Of a DNA stretch of 64,000 nucleotides, positions 47,535 through 57,089 are shown piece after piece. The stretch's first letter is position 1. The number at the start of each line of letters is the position of its first letter. A program made the position numbers and the translations under genes. The notes under the pieces are model-generated. The model worked only from the letters and a program-made list of their open reading frames with translations, made no database searches and was not told the DNA's origin. The stretch spans positions 320,001 to 384,000 of the IMG/VR virus record IMGVR_UViG_3300045988_170943, one strand, 5' to 3'. Source of the DNA: a virus.

Positions 47535-49523
47535 ATGAACCTTACCAGCGTGATCGACAACTACTGCGGCCATGACGAGAAGATCATGGACGAGAACGCA
47601 AACAAGGACAGCAAGGTGTTCGCCACCCAGAGAGACCTTCTGGCCGGGGCAATCAGCAAAGAGTACGCACTAGAGAAACTACTCCCCAAGAACGTCGCCG
47701 AAGCACACAAAAAAGGATGGATACACTTCCACGACCTAGACTACGTACTCAATGCCTCCGGGGGCCTGTTCAACTGTATGCTGATCGACTTCCCCGGAAT
47801 GCTCGCCCACGGGTTCACGCTAGGCAACGCGGAGATCGAACCACCCAAGTCCCTCCACACCGCCGGAGAGGTCATCCCCCAAATCGTTGCCAACGTGTCC
47901 AGCAATATGTACGGAGGTGTCTCTGCACACAGGATAGACGAGTTCCTGGAACCATATGCCATCCTGTCCTACCGGAAACACCTCTGCCGTAACCTCGCCA
48001 GAGCCGCCCAGTACACGGGAGTCACCATCACCCCAACCCAGGTGGCTGCCCTCGCCGAGCACTACGTACAGGCGTGCCCACAGACAGACAACGAGTTCAA
48101 GAACGACACCCCAGCCACCACCCCTGTGCCACCAGGGCAGTCCCCCTTACCCCTGGCGGCACAGGACATAGCCGTCAAGGACGCCATCAGCGACACCGGT
48201 AAGGAAGTCGCAGACACGTGCCAGTCATTGGAGTACGAGTGCATGGCACTCTTCAGTGGAAACGGACAAACCCCATTTTTCACCTTTAACCTGGGGTTGG
48301 GGACCGGCAAGTGGGCGCGCGAGATCCAGAAACACATCCTCAAAGTCAGGATCGAAGGACTCGGCCCTGAGAAACGCACCGCCGTCTTCCCGAAACTTGT
48401 CTACACCCTCAAGGAAAGCCACAACCTAAAACCAGGTGACCCCAACTATGACATCAAGAGACTAGCCGTAGAATGCTCCACCAAACGCATCTACCCTGAC
48501 ATCCTCTCCTATGAGAAAGTCATGGAAATCTATGGCACCTTTGTCTCCCCCATGGGGTGCAGGTCATTCCTCAGTGACTACCGGGACAAGGACGGCAACC
48601 ACGTCACCTATGGTCGTCGAAACATTGGGGTCGTCTCCCTCAACCTCCCCAACATCGCCCTCACTGTGAACACTCCCGACGAGTTCATGACCCTACTTGA
48701 TCAGCGTATCCAGGCGGTCAAGGACGGCCTCATGTACCGTTACAACAGGCTCGCCAGCACCACAGCCAGAAACGCGCCCATCCTCTACCAGTACGGGGCG
48801 ACCGGCCACAGGCTTAACTCCGATGAAACCGTGCAACGAATCTTCAATGACGGTGAAGCCACAGCATCCATTGGGTACGTTGGCCTCCACGAGACAGCAA
48901 CAAGATTCTGGGGTAACGACTGGCAGGACAACCCTGAAGCCAAGAACTTCACCATCCAGGTCCTCCGCCGCCTCAACCACTGGAAGGAAAAGTGGGCAGA
49001 AGAGACCGGTATAGCGTTCTCCGTCTACAGCACCCCAGCAGAATCACTCATCTCACGGTTCGCGGAAATCGACAAGGCAACCTTCGGCAGCATCAAGGAC
49101 ATCACAGACAAAGGCTACTACACCAACTCCTTCCACCTGGACGTCCGCAAGCAAGTCACGCCGTTCGAAAAAATCGACTTCGAGGCAGACTACCCGCCAC
49201 TAGCCGCTGGAGGAAACATCTGCTACGTAGAACAGCCATCCCTCATCAAAAACCCCGACGCCCTAGAAGCCATCTGGGACTACATGCACGACCGGGTTCC
49301 GTTCTCCGGTGTCAACACCCCCATCAGCCGATGCTACAAGTGCAACCACGAAGGAGACTTCGACGCTGACGCACGCGGATTCTACTGCCCCCAGTGCGGA
49401 AACCGCGATCCCCAGCAGTGCGAAGTTGTGGAACGGCTCTGCGGCTACCTCGGATCCGTGTCCATGCGTAAACCCATCAGCGGTCGCGTCAAGGAAATGA
49501 AATCCAGAGTCAAACACCAGTAA
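47535..49523 (+). CDS. nrdD: anaerobic ribonucleoside-triphosphate reductase, class III (NrdD)
   Basis: N-terminal NrdD signature (ANKD...FATQRDLLAG...AEAHKKGWIHFHD), C-terminal Zn ribbon CYKCNHEGDF...CPQCG and glycyl-radical motif RLCGYLGS. Confidence 0.88.
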   Translation: MNLTSVIDNYCGHDEKIMDENANKDSKVFATQRDLLAGAISKEYALEKLLPKNVAEAHKKGWIHFHDLDYVLNASGGLFNCMLIDFPGMLAHGFTLGNAEIEPPKSLHTAGEVIPQIVANVSSNMYGGVSAHRIDEFLEPYAILSYRKHLCRNLARAAQYTGVTITPTQVAALAEHYVQACPQTDNEFKNDTPATTPVPPGQSPLPLAAQDIAVKDAISDTGKEVADTCQSLEYECMALFSGNGQTPFFTFNLGLGTGKWAREIQKHILKVRIEGLGPEKRTAVFPKLVYTLKESHNLKPGDPNYDIKRLAVECSTKRIYPDILSYEKVMEIYGTFVSPMGCRSFLSDYRDKDGNHVTYGRRNIGVVSLNLPNIALTVNTPDEFMTLLDQRIQAVKDGLMYRYNRLASTTARNAPILYQYGATGHRLNSDETVQRIFNDGEATASIGYVGLHETATRFWGNDWQDNPEAKNFTIQVLRRLNHWKEKWAEETGIAFSVYSTPAESLISRFAEIDKATFGSIKDITDKGYYTNSFHLDVRKQVTPFEKIDFEADYPPLAAGGNICYVEQPSLIKNPDALEAIWDYMHDRVPFSGVNTPISRCYKCNHEGDFDADARGFYCPQCGNRDPQQCEVVERLCGYLGSVSMRKPISGRVKEMKSRVKHQ

Positions 49524-49546
49524 AGCCCCCGACACAGCAACACGCG

Positions 49547-49596
49547 AGTGCGCCCCACCAGAATGCTATCAGGTTTCTGGGTGGGGCGCACTTATT
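49547..49596 (+). terminator. bidirectional hairpin terminator between nrdD and the convergent HNH gene
   Basis: agtgcgccccacca-N17-tgggtggggcgcact. Confidence 0.5.
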
Positions 49597-49618
49597 CTCT
49601 GATCTGCAAACCTATAAG

Positions 49619-50758
49619 TCACCTCAGGGACTCCCGCAACTTCATGATCTGACTGTTATAGACACCCCGAATACGCCCAGAGGACCTTCGGTCATAGCGC
49701 CCATCTTCCCCAACCTCAAACTGTTTCATGAACCTGTTAATGTAGTCAATAGACTTCGACACCTTCTTAACCTGCTCAGGAGTCATCTCCTTATACAGGG
49801 CAAACCGGCGGAAACTCTCAATCCTTGACAGAACCTCATCCTTCTTATCCTCAGGGACCCTGCTGGTAGACTGCACCCACTCGTTCAAGTCCTTGTTACG
49901 TCGCTCACTGTTGCAGCCAATACACGCCAGGGCCATATTCCCGTAGCGAGTTGTGCCAGGAGGCGGATTCTTCGGGGTCACTGGTGTCAAATGCTCCCCG
50001 GATGCTGCATGCTCATTACCAACACCCGACTGAAACGGCTTGTGGCAGTAGCAGCAGCGGCCACCAAAGAACATAACCGAGGCAACATACCGCTCACGGG
50101 TCATGTCGTTCATCGCAGACGTCAAGATTATCCTTTGAGGCTGATGACGCCTACCATCATTGCGCCACTCAATTGAGGCCGTCATAGACTTGACGTTAGT
50201 AGCAATGATCCTTGAGAACTCCTTCAAATCGACATCATCACCAAGGAACTCCCTCGTCCTCCTGGCGATTGGATCCTTACTTGACAAGAAAGCGTAAATG
50301 TTTCCCTCCGCTCTCTGAAAACGCCTCTGGAGCCTAGGATCATTCAGCCTGTCCTCAAACTTGCTGTAGAAGTCCCGGATAAACGAATAGTCCTCATGAG
50401 AAAACTGCTCCGCCACAGACTCAACCGACTCATGGAACTCCTTCCGAGTCATGCTTCTACCGTAGTACGAGGACACCATGCCAGGAGTCGGTGTCGCCTT
50501 CTTCAAGGCCACCTCAGTGCTCTGCTCGCCTTCTTGCCGAGCCTTGTTCGTCGATGTCGCCAACGCGCCATGAGCCTTCGCCAGAACCTCCTCATTGAAC
50601 GCCCGGATCGTCGCATCACTAGCGTCACTCATAATGTGCTGGCCGTGCTTACAGCGGCCCTTACCTACATTCTCCGGTTTCGCCCTGCACAAAGACAAGG
50701 TACCATCAGCGTTCTGCCCAAAACGACGCTCAACAGCCACCACGAACCACACTCCCAC
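49619..50758 (-). CDS. free-standing HNH-family endonuclease
   Basis: C-terminal-half HNH motif CCYCHKPF...GEHLTPV...GNMALACIGCNSERRNKDLNEW. Confidence 0.65.
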   Translation of the reverse strand: MGVWFVVAVERRFGQNADGTLSLCRAKPENVGKGRCKHGQHIMSDASDATIRAFNEEVLAKAHGALATSTNKARQEGEQSTEVALKKATPTPGMVSSYYGRSMTRKEFHESVESVAEQFSHEDYSFIRDFYSKFEDRLNDPRLQRRFQRAEGNIYAFLSSKDPIARRTREFLGDDVDLKEFSRIIATNVKSMTASIEWRNDGRRHQPQRIILTSAMNDMTRERYVASVMFFGGRCCYCHKPFQSGVGNEHAASGEHLTPVTPKNPPPGTTRYGNMALACIGCNSERRNKDLNEWVQSTSRVPEDKKDEVLSRIESFRRFALYKEMTPEQVKKVSKSIDYINRFMKQFEVGEDGRYDRRSSGRIRGVYNSQIMKLRESLR

Positions 50759-50973
50759 AAAATCTCAAACCAGCAAACCCTATCACCCTAGGAATAAAGC
50801 CAGCACACTGTACACGACAGTAAACATTCCTACAGGACATATCTAAAACCACTTGTCCAGAACCAGCCGGACAACACTCCAACAAGCGCCCCTAAGAACG
50901 ACAGGCACCAGAAGACCCAGAGTGTCACCCTTCTCATGCCACAAACCTAGAGCAACGGGCGCAAGGAAGGCCC

Positions 50974-52758
50974 CTACCGGTCCTTACGCCACACAAACGA
51001 GCGCACACCACAATCGAACACCTGCACATACCCCTCCATCTGAAGCACGTCAGCATTCGACACCCTAGAACCATCCTCACGAAACCTCGGATAACGCTCA
51101 CCCACCTCAAACCCCAACAGACGATCCGCACCCACACGCCTTGCAGCAGAATCTCGCACATACGCCGGACCCTCACCACCCACCACACGCACCCACATCG
51201 AGTTAGGCCGCCCCGTACGCTCAGCAACCCAACCCGCAAACATTGACTCCGTACGCCCAGTCCCCGTCGCCAAATCCACATACGACACCACCGACACCGG
51301 GTCCACCTCACGGAAAAACACGCTGTCACACCGGCTGAAACCACCCTGCACATGCCACCCCAGCCGCGAACACGACCGAATAGCCTCCCACTCCACATTA
51401 GACCTGAACCGGGCAGGACCATACGACTGCACATGCACCAAATCCCCCCTATAGGTCAGACCCACACAGAACGTCTGACCATTCGCCGCCCCCAACAAGT
51501 GATTCTCCCGGAAAAACCGGTTCGCATCCGCCTGAGACAACGACACAACCTCACACTCACGAGCCCCAACCGAATACGGGCAAACCCCCAACTTCGCCGC
51601 CACCATAGACGCAAAAATACCCTCATCCATCCAGTCAAAATACTGCATCAACGTCACCCCCGCAGACTCCGCCACAAGTGCACGCTCCTGATGGTGACGA
51701 GGCTCAACCGGCAGATGCCTCTTGCGTCCGCACGAACCAGACTCCACAAACTCTGTACACCTGCCCGTCGCATGAGCAAACGACACCGTACTATTATGCG
51801 AGAACGACGGGTTGACATCCACCAACACACCCCCACACCCAAGATCAGCACACCACACGCCGCCACCATCACCAGCAGACCCGAACGCCACCTCAGTATC
51901 AAACCGGTGCCCAGTGACCTCCTCCAAGCGGGCCTTCCACCCCAGATTCACCTTAGACACGCGCCCACCACTAGCAGCAGCACGCTTTTGAACCTCAGGC
52001 AACTGGAAGATGTTCTCAACCCCATACCTCTCCAACATCGTCACCCGGTTACGCTCCGCAAACCCAGGCGCAGTGAACACACACTCAGAACCATACCGCT
52101 CCAACACAGTAGCACGCCCCCTAGCCTGAACCTCTTTGCTCATCATCGGGCTGCGCACCCCAAACCGCTCCATGAACGTCCGCTCACGCTTAGCACGCAC
52201 CTCAGGAGACAACGAAGGATTCGTCACCCCATAGTGAGCCATCAAAGTCTCAGCCTTCTTCGCCTTCACCTCCTCCACCTGAGACACGTTCTTAACACCA
52301 TACCGCTCCATCACCGTCGCATCATGCTTACGCTGACGATCCTCATAGTCAATGAGCCCCCTGGAACACGCCTTCGAGCACGACAAGGAAGGCTGATACA
52401 CATCCACCTCAAACTCCTTCCCGCACACCACACAAGTACGATAATGCGGGCCAGGACAGTACTTCGCCGTACTCCGGTCAGCAGTGAACTCACGACCACA
52501 CCCATCAAACTGGCAAACACACTCCACCACAGGACGATGCGCACGATAATACACGCCAGAACACTTCTTAGAACAGAACCGCAAAATCTTGACCCCAGGC
52601 TTCCGCTGCAACACCTGCCCACCACAAACCTCACACTCAGTATAGTGCGGGCCAGGACAGAACCGGTTAGTCCTCATCTTCGGAGTGAACTCTTTACCAC
52701 AGAACTCACACTGGCGTACAGGCAGATCGACCACGGAACACACCCCAAAATCAACCAA
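50974..52758 (-). CDS. repeat-containing putative DNA-binding or homing-endonuclease-like protein
   Basis: Two N-terminal Zn-ribbon-like units (CEFCGKEFT...CPGPHY...CEVCG, repeated), five tandem 30-aa repeats around the core ERYGVxN...PEV, and a 300-aa C-terminal domain. Real internal repeats support this strand over the overlapping plus-strand frame. Confidence 0.5.
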   Translation of the reverse strand: MVDFGVCSVVDLPVRQCEFCGKEFTPKMRTNRFCPGPHYTECEVCGGQVLQRKPGVKILRFCSKKCSGVYYRAHRPVVECVCQFDGCGREFTADRSTAKYCPGPHYRTCVVCGKEFEVDVYQPSLSCSKACSRGLIDYEDRQRKHDATVMERYGVKNVSQVEEVKAKKAETLMAHYGVTNPSLSPEVRAKRERTFMERFGVRSPMMSKEVQARGRATVLERYGSECVFTAPGFAERNRVTMLERYGVENIFQLPEVQKRAAASGGRVSKVNLGWKARLEEVTGHRFDTEVAFGSAGDGGGVWCADLGCGGVLVDVNPSFSHNSTVSFAHATGRCTEFVESGSCGRKRHLPVEPRHHQERALVAESAGVTLMQYFDWMDEGIFASMVAAKLGVCPYSVGARECEVVSLSQADANRFFRENHLLGAANGQTFCVGLTYRGDLVHVQSYGPARFRSNVEWEAIRSCSRLGWHVQGGFSRCDSVFFREVDPVSVVSYVDLATGTGRTESMFAGWVAERTGRPNSMWVRVVGGEGPAYVRDSAARRVGADRLLGFEVGERYPRFREDGSRVSNADVLQMEGYVQVFDCGVRSFVWRKDR

Positions 52759-52860
52759 CAGAAACTACCCAAGTATATCCGCGCACACCCCGGAAGTCAA
52801 GGGATATTCCACCGCAGACACCTCACCTACCACACCAAGACGGAAGAGGCAACACAACCA

Positions 52861-52980
52861 ATGCGCGTCACCTCCATCAAAAAGATAGACCCCAAGCCAT
52901 CACGCTGCATCGAAGTCACCGGAGAAGACCGACTTTTCGCAGCAGGAGGCCAAAACGGCCACTCCATCGTCTCCCACAAC
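52861..52980 (+). other. IntC-like segment (Hint C-terminal blocks F/G)
   Basis: ...CIEVTGEDRLFAAGGQNGHSIVSHN immediately followed by Ser. Confidence 0.5.
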
Positions 52981-53955
52981 AGCGTTACACAGCGCATCAT
53001 CATTAACAGCGTCATCATGCGCCCCGACAGGTGGCGACTCCTCGGCATCGACCTGAAAAAAGTCGAGTTATCGCGCTACCGCAAATACAGTAACGTCGTC
53101 CTCGGAGTAGCCACCGAGATGGAGGATGCCGTAACAATCCTCAAGTTCGCGCATCAGACCATGATGAAGCGTTACTCAGAGATGGAACAGTTGGGAATCA
53201 ACAACTTCGTCAACCTCCCTGAGCCTGGTTTTTCTCTCATGATCCTAGCCGACGAGATCGGTGAGCTCTTCGGGGCGTCTGGTAATAAATCCGATGAAGG
53301 CAAGGCTAAGGACGCGATGGCTAGCGAGTGTCAGTTCATCGCCGGATCTATTCTTCGTCTAGGCCGTGCTGCGGGTGTTCACATGATTCAGGCTACGCAG
53401 CGCCCTGACGCGAAGTTGATCCCTGGTGAGTCTAAGGCTAACCTGGCAGTTCGCATCAACTGTGGCCGCACAGATTCGACAGCCTCCAGCATGATTCTAG
53501 ACAATAGTGAGGGGACTCGCGTACGCGGCTACCCTCGTGGTCGCTTGTGGTTGCAGATTAATGGCGTGGGGAATCATGCTCAGGGGTTTTGGGCTGATGA
53601 GGACTGGTTGGATGAGTGGTTGGCGTCTAAGGGGCTGAATGCTGATGGTTCGCCTGTGGGTTCTGGGGGGCAGTCTCGTCTTGCTCATTTGGCGAATATG
53701 GGCGATTTTGATGGGACGGATTTGGATACTCAGTCGGGTGTGGATAATGCGTCTGTGATTGAGCGTATTCGTGAGGAGGATGAGTGGGGGTTTGATGATG
53801 AGGAGGGTGAGAGTGATCCTGCTCCAGCGTATGATGATGGCCCTATGGGGCGGCCTGAGTTGGGGTCTGTTGGTAAGGGTAGGGGGGATGCTGTGCGTGG
53901 TGATGGGGAGTGGGATCCGTTGATGCAGTTTGTTGCGGGCGAGAATAATGCCTGA
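52861..53955 (+). CDS. split-intein C-terminal half (IntC-like, 40 aa) fused to an FtsK/SpoIIIE-family ATPase C-terminal fragment
   Basis: First 40 aa MRVTSIKKIDPKPSRCIEVTGEDRLFAAGGQNGHSIVSHN then S: an intein block F/G pattern ending in HN plus a +1 Ser, aligning with split DnaE IntC sequences. The downstream extein has FtsK motifs (LMILADEIGEL, RAAGVHMIQATQRPDAKLIPGESKANLAVRINCGRTDSTASSMILD) beginning just after where the Walker A would be. GAAGAGG sits upstream of the ATG. Confidence 0.55.
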   Translation: MRVTSIKKIDPKPSRCIEVTGEDRLFAAGGQNGHSIVSHNSVTQRIIINSVIMRPDRWRLLGIDLKKVELSRYRKYSNVVLGVATEMEDAVTILKFAHQTMMKRYSEMEQLGINNFVNLPEPGFSLMILADEIGELFGASGNKSDEGKAKDAMASECQFIAGSILRLGRAAGVHMIQATQRPDAKLIPGESKANLAVRINCGRTDSTASSMILDNSEGTRVRGYPRGRLWLQINGVGNHAQGFWADEDWLDEWLASKGLNADGSPVGSGGQSRLAHLANMGDFDGTDLDTQSGVDNASVIERIREEDEWGFDDEEGESDPAPAYDDGPMGRPELGSVGKGRGDAVRGDGEWDPLMQFVAGENNA

Positions 53956-54257
53956 GTTATTTGTGGTGGTCTAGAGCTTTGCCTGAGGTAGTGCCTGTCG
54001 GCTTGTGGGGCGTGTTCTATAGGCTGGCGGGCGCCTTCCTTTCGCCTTGAGTGTGTAGGGTGCGTCTTCTGGGGTGTAGGTGCGCGCGGCTGCCATCAAG
54101 GGTCGCGGGGTGTCTGTGATTCTGGCCAGGGGTTGGGGTGTTTGTGTGTCTGGTGGCGGTTTTCCTTCCCCTTTGCTTGTGTTGCTCCTTGTTGACTTTG
54201 TGGTGGTTTGATGGTAGTGTGTTGGGCGGTTTAGTGTAGTGTGCGCCCTGTCTTGGC

Positions 54258-56243
54258 GTGCTGGCTTGGAGGTTTGTGGTGTCTGAGATGTTGCAGGGGC
54301 CGTTGTTTGAGCAGGGTCTTGTTGCGATGACTGATGCGGGTCTGCGTATTGAGGATGAGGAGATCAGTGCGGCGTTTGACCGTAAGTCGTTGAGCCCGTC
54401 ACTGGTGTCGTCTGTTGTGGATGAGAATGCGTGTATGGCTCGTATGCTGGCTTCGTCGTTTGTGGTTGATCGACTGGTGACGCCTCCGGTGGATACGGAT
54501 GCGTCTAGGGGGTCGATGTTTCATAAGGTGATGGAGGAGTTTTTCTCTCTTCCTCCTGAGGGGCGCACGAATGAGGGTATGAATCAGGCGTTCCGGGAGG
54601 TGTTGGCGTCGGATAAGTTCAGGGACCTTGGGGGCATCCCGGATGCGCGGGACTGGCTTGTGCGGGCTGTTCAGGGCTATTTCAAGATGGGGTCTAAGCC
54701 TGATAGGGTGCGGGTGGCTGAACTGGATGTGGGGCATGGTGCGCGCCCTGGCCTTGAGGTTTTTGTGAAGGGGCAGATTGGTGCAGCGTCTCGCCCTACT
54801 TTGGGGTTTGTTGACCGCGTGACTGTGGACCCTAGGGATGGTAAGTCTTTGGTGGTGGAAGACTATAAGGGGCTGGCTCTGGATACTCCGATCCCTACTC
54901 CTTATGGCTGGTCAACAATGGGAAGTCTCAGGGTGGGGGATTTTGTGTTGGGGACGACTGGGGCCTGTAGGGTGACGGTGAAGTCGAGTGTGCATTATGG
55001 TCGGCCTTGCTTCCGGGTGGGGACTGCTGATGGTGGGGCCTTGGTGGCGGATAATGTGCACTTGTGGTATGTGGCTCTCGTTCCGCCGGGAGGTTTTGGT
55101 GGTGGCGTGGTTGAGTATGCGGTCATCAGCACTGAGCGTATGGCTGAGTTTGTGCGTGCAGGATACCTGGTGTTTGTTCCTTCCCCTGACCCGTGGGAGC
55201 CTAAGGCTACTGTTGGCGGTGGCACTGTGAACAGTGTTAGTGGCGGCAGTGTTGACGGTGGGCGCTCTGTGGGGTTCTACTATGGCATGTCGCTGGGGCT
55301 CATGGACAGTGGTAACCTTGACCGGTATATTCAGGCTCACGGCAGTGCGGGCGGCGAGTTCTCCATGATTGAGGTGGCGGACCGTGCACTGGCTGGCACC
55401 ATGGATAACATTTTCGTGATCCCAGCCAATATACGGCGGGACATCATTGACGGCATTATTCACGTGTCCACCATAGAGGCGCCAGCGGACACTCCAGCAG
55501 GGTTGCGTGGTTTCAGGTGGCTGCGGTTCAATGAGTCACCTGACGGGCCTAAGGCTATTTCCACGATCCTTCTTGATCTCATGTACTTGTCTGGGATGTC
55601 CCCCATGCGCGTATTCGACCGCTCCCTAGATGACGGTAGGGGTGTGACTGAGATTGTGGTACGGGACGACCTGTACGCGCACCCACTAGGCATGGAACCT
55701 GGCTGGTGCATGGATGATGGCCTGGACGGTGGCTGGCGTGAGATCACCGTGGTTGAGGCTGTTGACTCTGTGCCCACCCAGTGCATCCAGGTGGACTCCC
55801 CCGACAGCCTCTATCTTGCTGGGCGCACCATGATCACCACACACAACACGGGCAAGGTGAAGAGGTGGAAACCAAACACGAAGGGCGACAAGGGTCTGGC
55901 TGAGCAGCGGCAGCAGACCATCTACTCAATGCTTCTGGAACAGCACGGATTCGAGGTGTCAGCAGCCAGACTCATCTACCCCGTCTATGGCGAGATCGTG
56001 AACGTCAACAAGAATGACGAATGGCTACGCAACCGGGTCGTGGAAGACATTGAACGGGCCGACGTCCTCATGAAGGCGTGCCGGGACGAGAACCTGTTCG
56101 AGTACTCACCATCATTCCTTTGCGCATGGTGCCCGCTAGCAAAACTGTGCCCCGTCGCAGACATCAAAGGCGGAAAATGCCAGGTAGCCTTCCAGAAGCA
56201 GCCAGAGCCAGAACAACTACTTGCGGGGATCAAGATTCGATGA
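54258..56243 (+). CDS. Cas4/RecB-family PD-(D/E)xK exonuclease with C-terminal Fe-S cysteine cluster, interrupted by an in-frame intein
   Basis: Extein: GFVDRV...LVVEDYK then TGKVKRW (the hhDYKTGK motif is reconstituted across the insert), a QRQQTIYSML Q-h-x-x-Y motif, and C-terminal CAWCPLAKLCP...C. Insert: Hint N-block (L)ALDTPIPTPYGWSTMGSLRVGDFVLG and C-block ...CIQVDSPDSLYLAGRTMITTHN then T. Confidence 0.65.
   Translation: MLAWRFVVSEMLQGPLFEQGLVAMTDAGLRIEDEEISAAFDRKSLSPSLVSSVVDENACMARMLASSFVVDRLVTPPVDTDASRGSMFHKVMEEFFSLPPEGRTNEGMNQAFREVLASDKFRDLGGIPDARDWLVRAVQGYFKMGSKPDRVRVAELDVGHGARPGLEVFVKGQIGAASRPTLGFVDRVTVDPRDGKSLVVEDYKGLALDTPIPTPYGWSTMGSLRVGDFVLGTTGACRVTVKSSVHYGRPCFRVGTADGGALVADNVHLWYVALVPPGGFGGGVVEYAVISTERMAEFVRAGYLVFVPSPDPWEPKATVGGGTVNSVSGGSVDGGRSVGFYYGMSLGLMDSGNLDRYIQAHGSAGGEFSMIEVADRALAGTMDNIFVIPANIRRDIIDGIIHVSTIEAPADTPAGLRGFRWLRFNESPDGPKAISTILLDLMYLSGMSPMRVFDRSLDDGRGVTEIVVRDDLYAHPLGMEPGWCMDDGLDGGWREITVVEAVDSVPTQCIQVDSPDSLYLAGRTMITTHNTGKVKRWKPNTKGDKGLAEQRQQTIYSMLLEQHGFEVSAARLIYPVYGEIVNVNKNDEWLRNRVVEDIERADVLMKACRDENLFEYSPSFLCAWCPLAKLCPVADIKGGKCQVAFQKQPEPEQLLAGIKIR
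54873..55847 (+). other. intein (about 325 aa) inserted at the catalytic (D/E)xK motif of the Cas4-like nuclease
   Basis: N-terminal block A (ALDTPI...VGD.VLG, Ala/Leu rather than Cys at position 1, so the exact boundary is uncertain by 1-2 codons). C-terminal block G ends in THN, with a +1 Thr. The central 200 aa have no clear LAGLIDADG or HNH motif. Confidence 0.55.
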
Positions 56244-56836
56244 GGAAAGCAAAAACAGTTGAAGTGCCAGACCGTGAACTCACCTTCGACGAGTTTGAGA
56301 AACTACGCAAGCACGCCCTGAACTCGGCCACCTGGTATGTGGACAGGTACCAGTGGTCCAGGAACAGGGTCAGACAGCGGCTCGCCGAGAAGGGCTACAC
56401 CACGGAACCAGTCACCTACCGGGACCCAGGTGGCACCACCCACACGTGCGACATCATTGAGGAGACCCTGGCTGCGCTACCCTCCAAAGGTGTCCTGGAT
56501 GACACTGACATCGCATCAAGCCGGGTCTGGTCACTCATGGACTCGGGGAAGAGCGCGCGATTCGTCACCACAAGGCTCAGACAGCGCGGATTCATGGACT
56601 CCGACATTCAGGCCGCCATCAACGACTACCTGGGCCACAACCCAGGCCACGATGAGGATGTTGTGGACCGTGCCGCCACGAAGTACGTCAACCGGTCGGC
56701 TTTCCGGGGTGAGCCTGACATGTACAGGCGGGCCCAAAAACTGAAAGCCCACATGATGTCCAAGAGTATCGACCTGGACAGTGTTGACACCTGGATCGCA
56801 GAGCACCCAGAGTACTTCACAGAGGACAACAACTAG
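56241..56836 (+). CDS. RecX-like regulatory protein
   Basis: Three-helix repeat pattern with YVDRYQWSRNRVRQRLAEKGY. ATGA overlap with the upstream stop (ORF-track frame begins earlier at 56078). Confidence 0.45.
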
Positions 56837-57089
56837 AACAAGGAAGCGGCCGCACCCACCCCGCCTACTCTCCTGTGTAGTGGGCCATAGTGCGTCACTT
56901 ACGCTGTCACCCCCACCCTGCCATGTGCGCCCCAACACCCCGGTTCTGCGGCCTGTGAACCTGCTGGCTGATAATGCCCACACCAGGCACTCTAAAACCC
57001 AGCGGGGGTTCCGCTACCCCTGCTGTCGGTAGAATCCGCACGCTGACAAAGAAATACACCCACAGGGGAAGGGATTGAACACTCGCTGA

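Noticed and set aside
51352-52860. Plus-strand open frame continuous with the FtsK-like gene, which would make a single 867-aa ORF
   Set aside because: Its translation is low-complexity R/H/P/L-rich antisense-type sequence. The opposite strand encodes a protein with five internal sequence repeats and Zn-ribbon units. The real plus-strand gene starts at ATG 52861 with the IntC-like leader.
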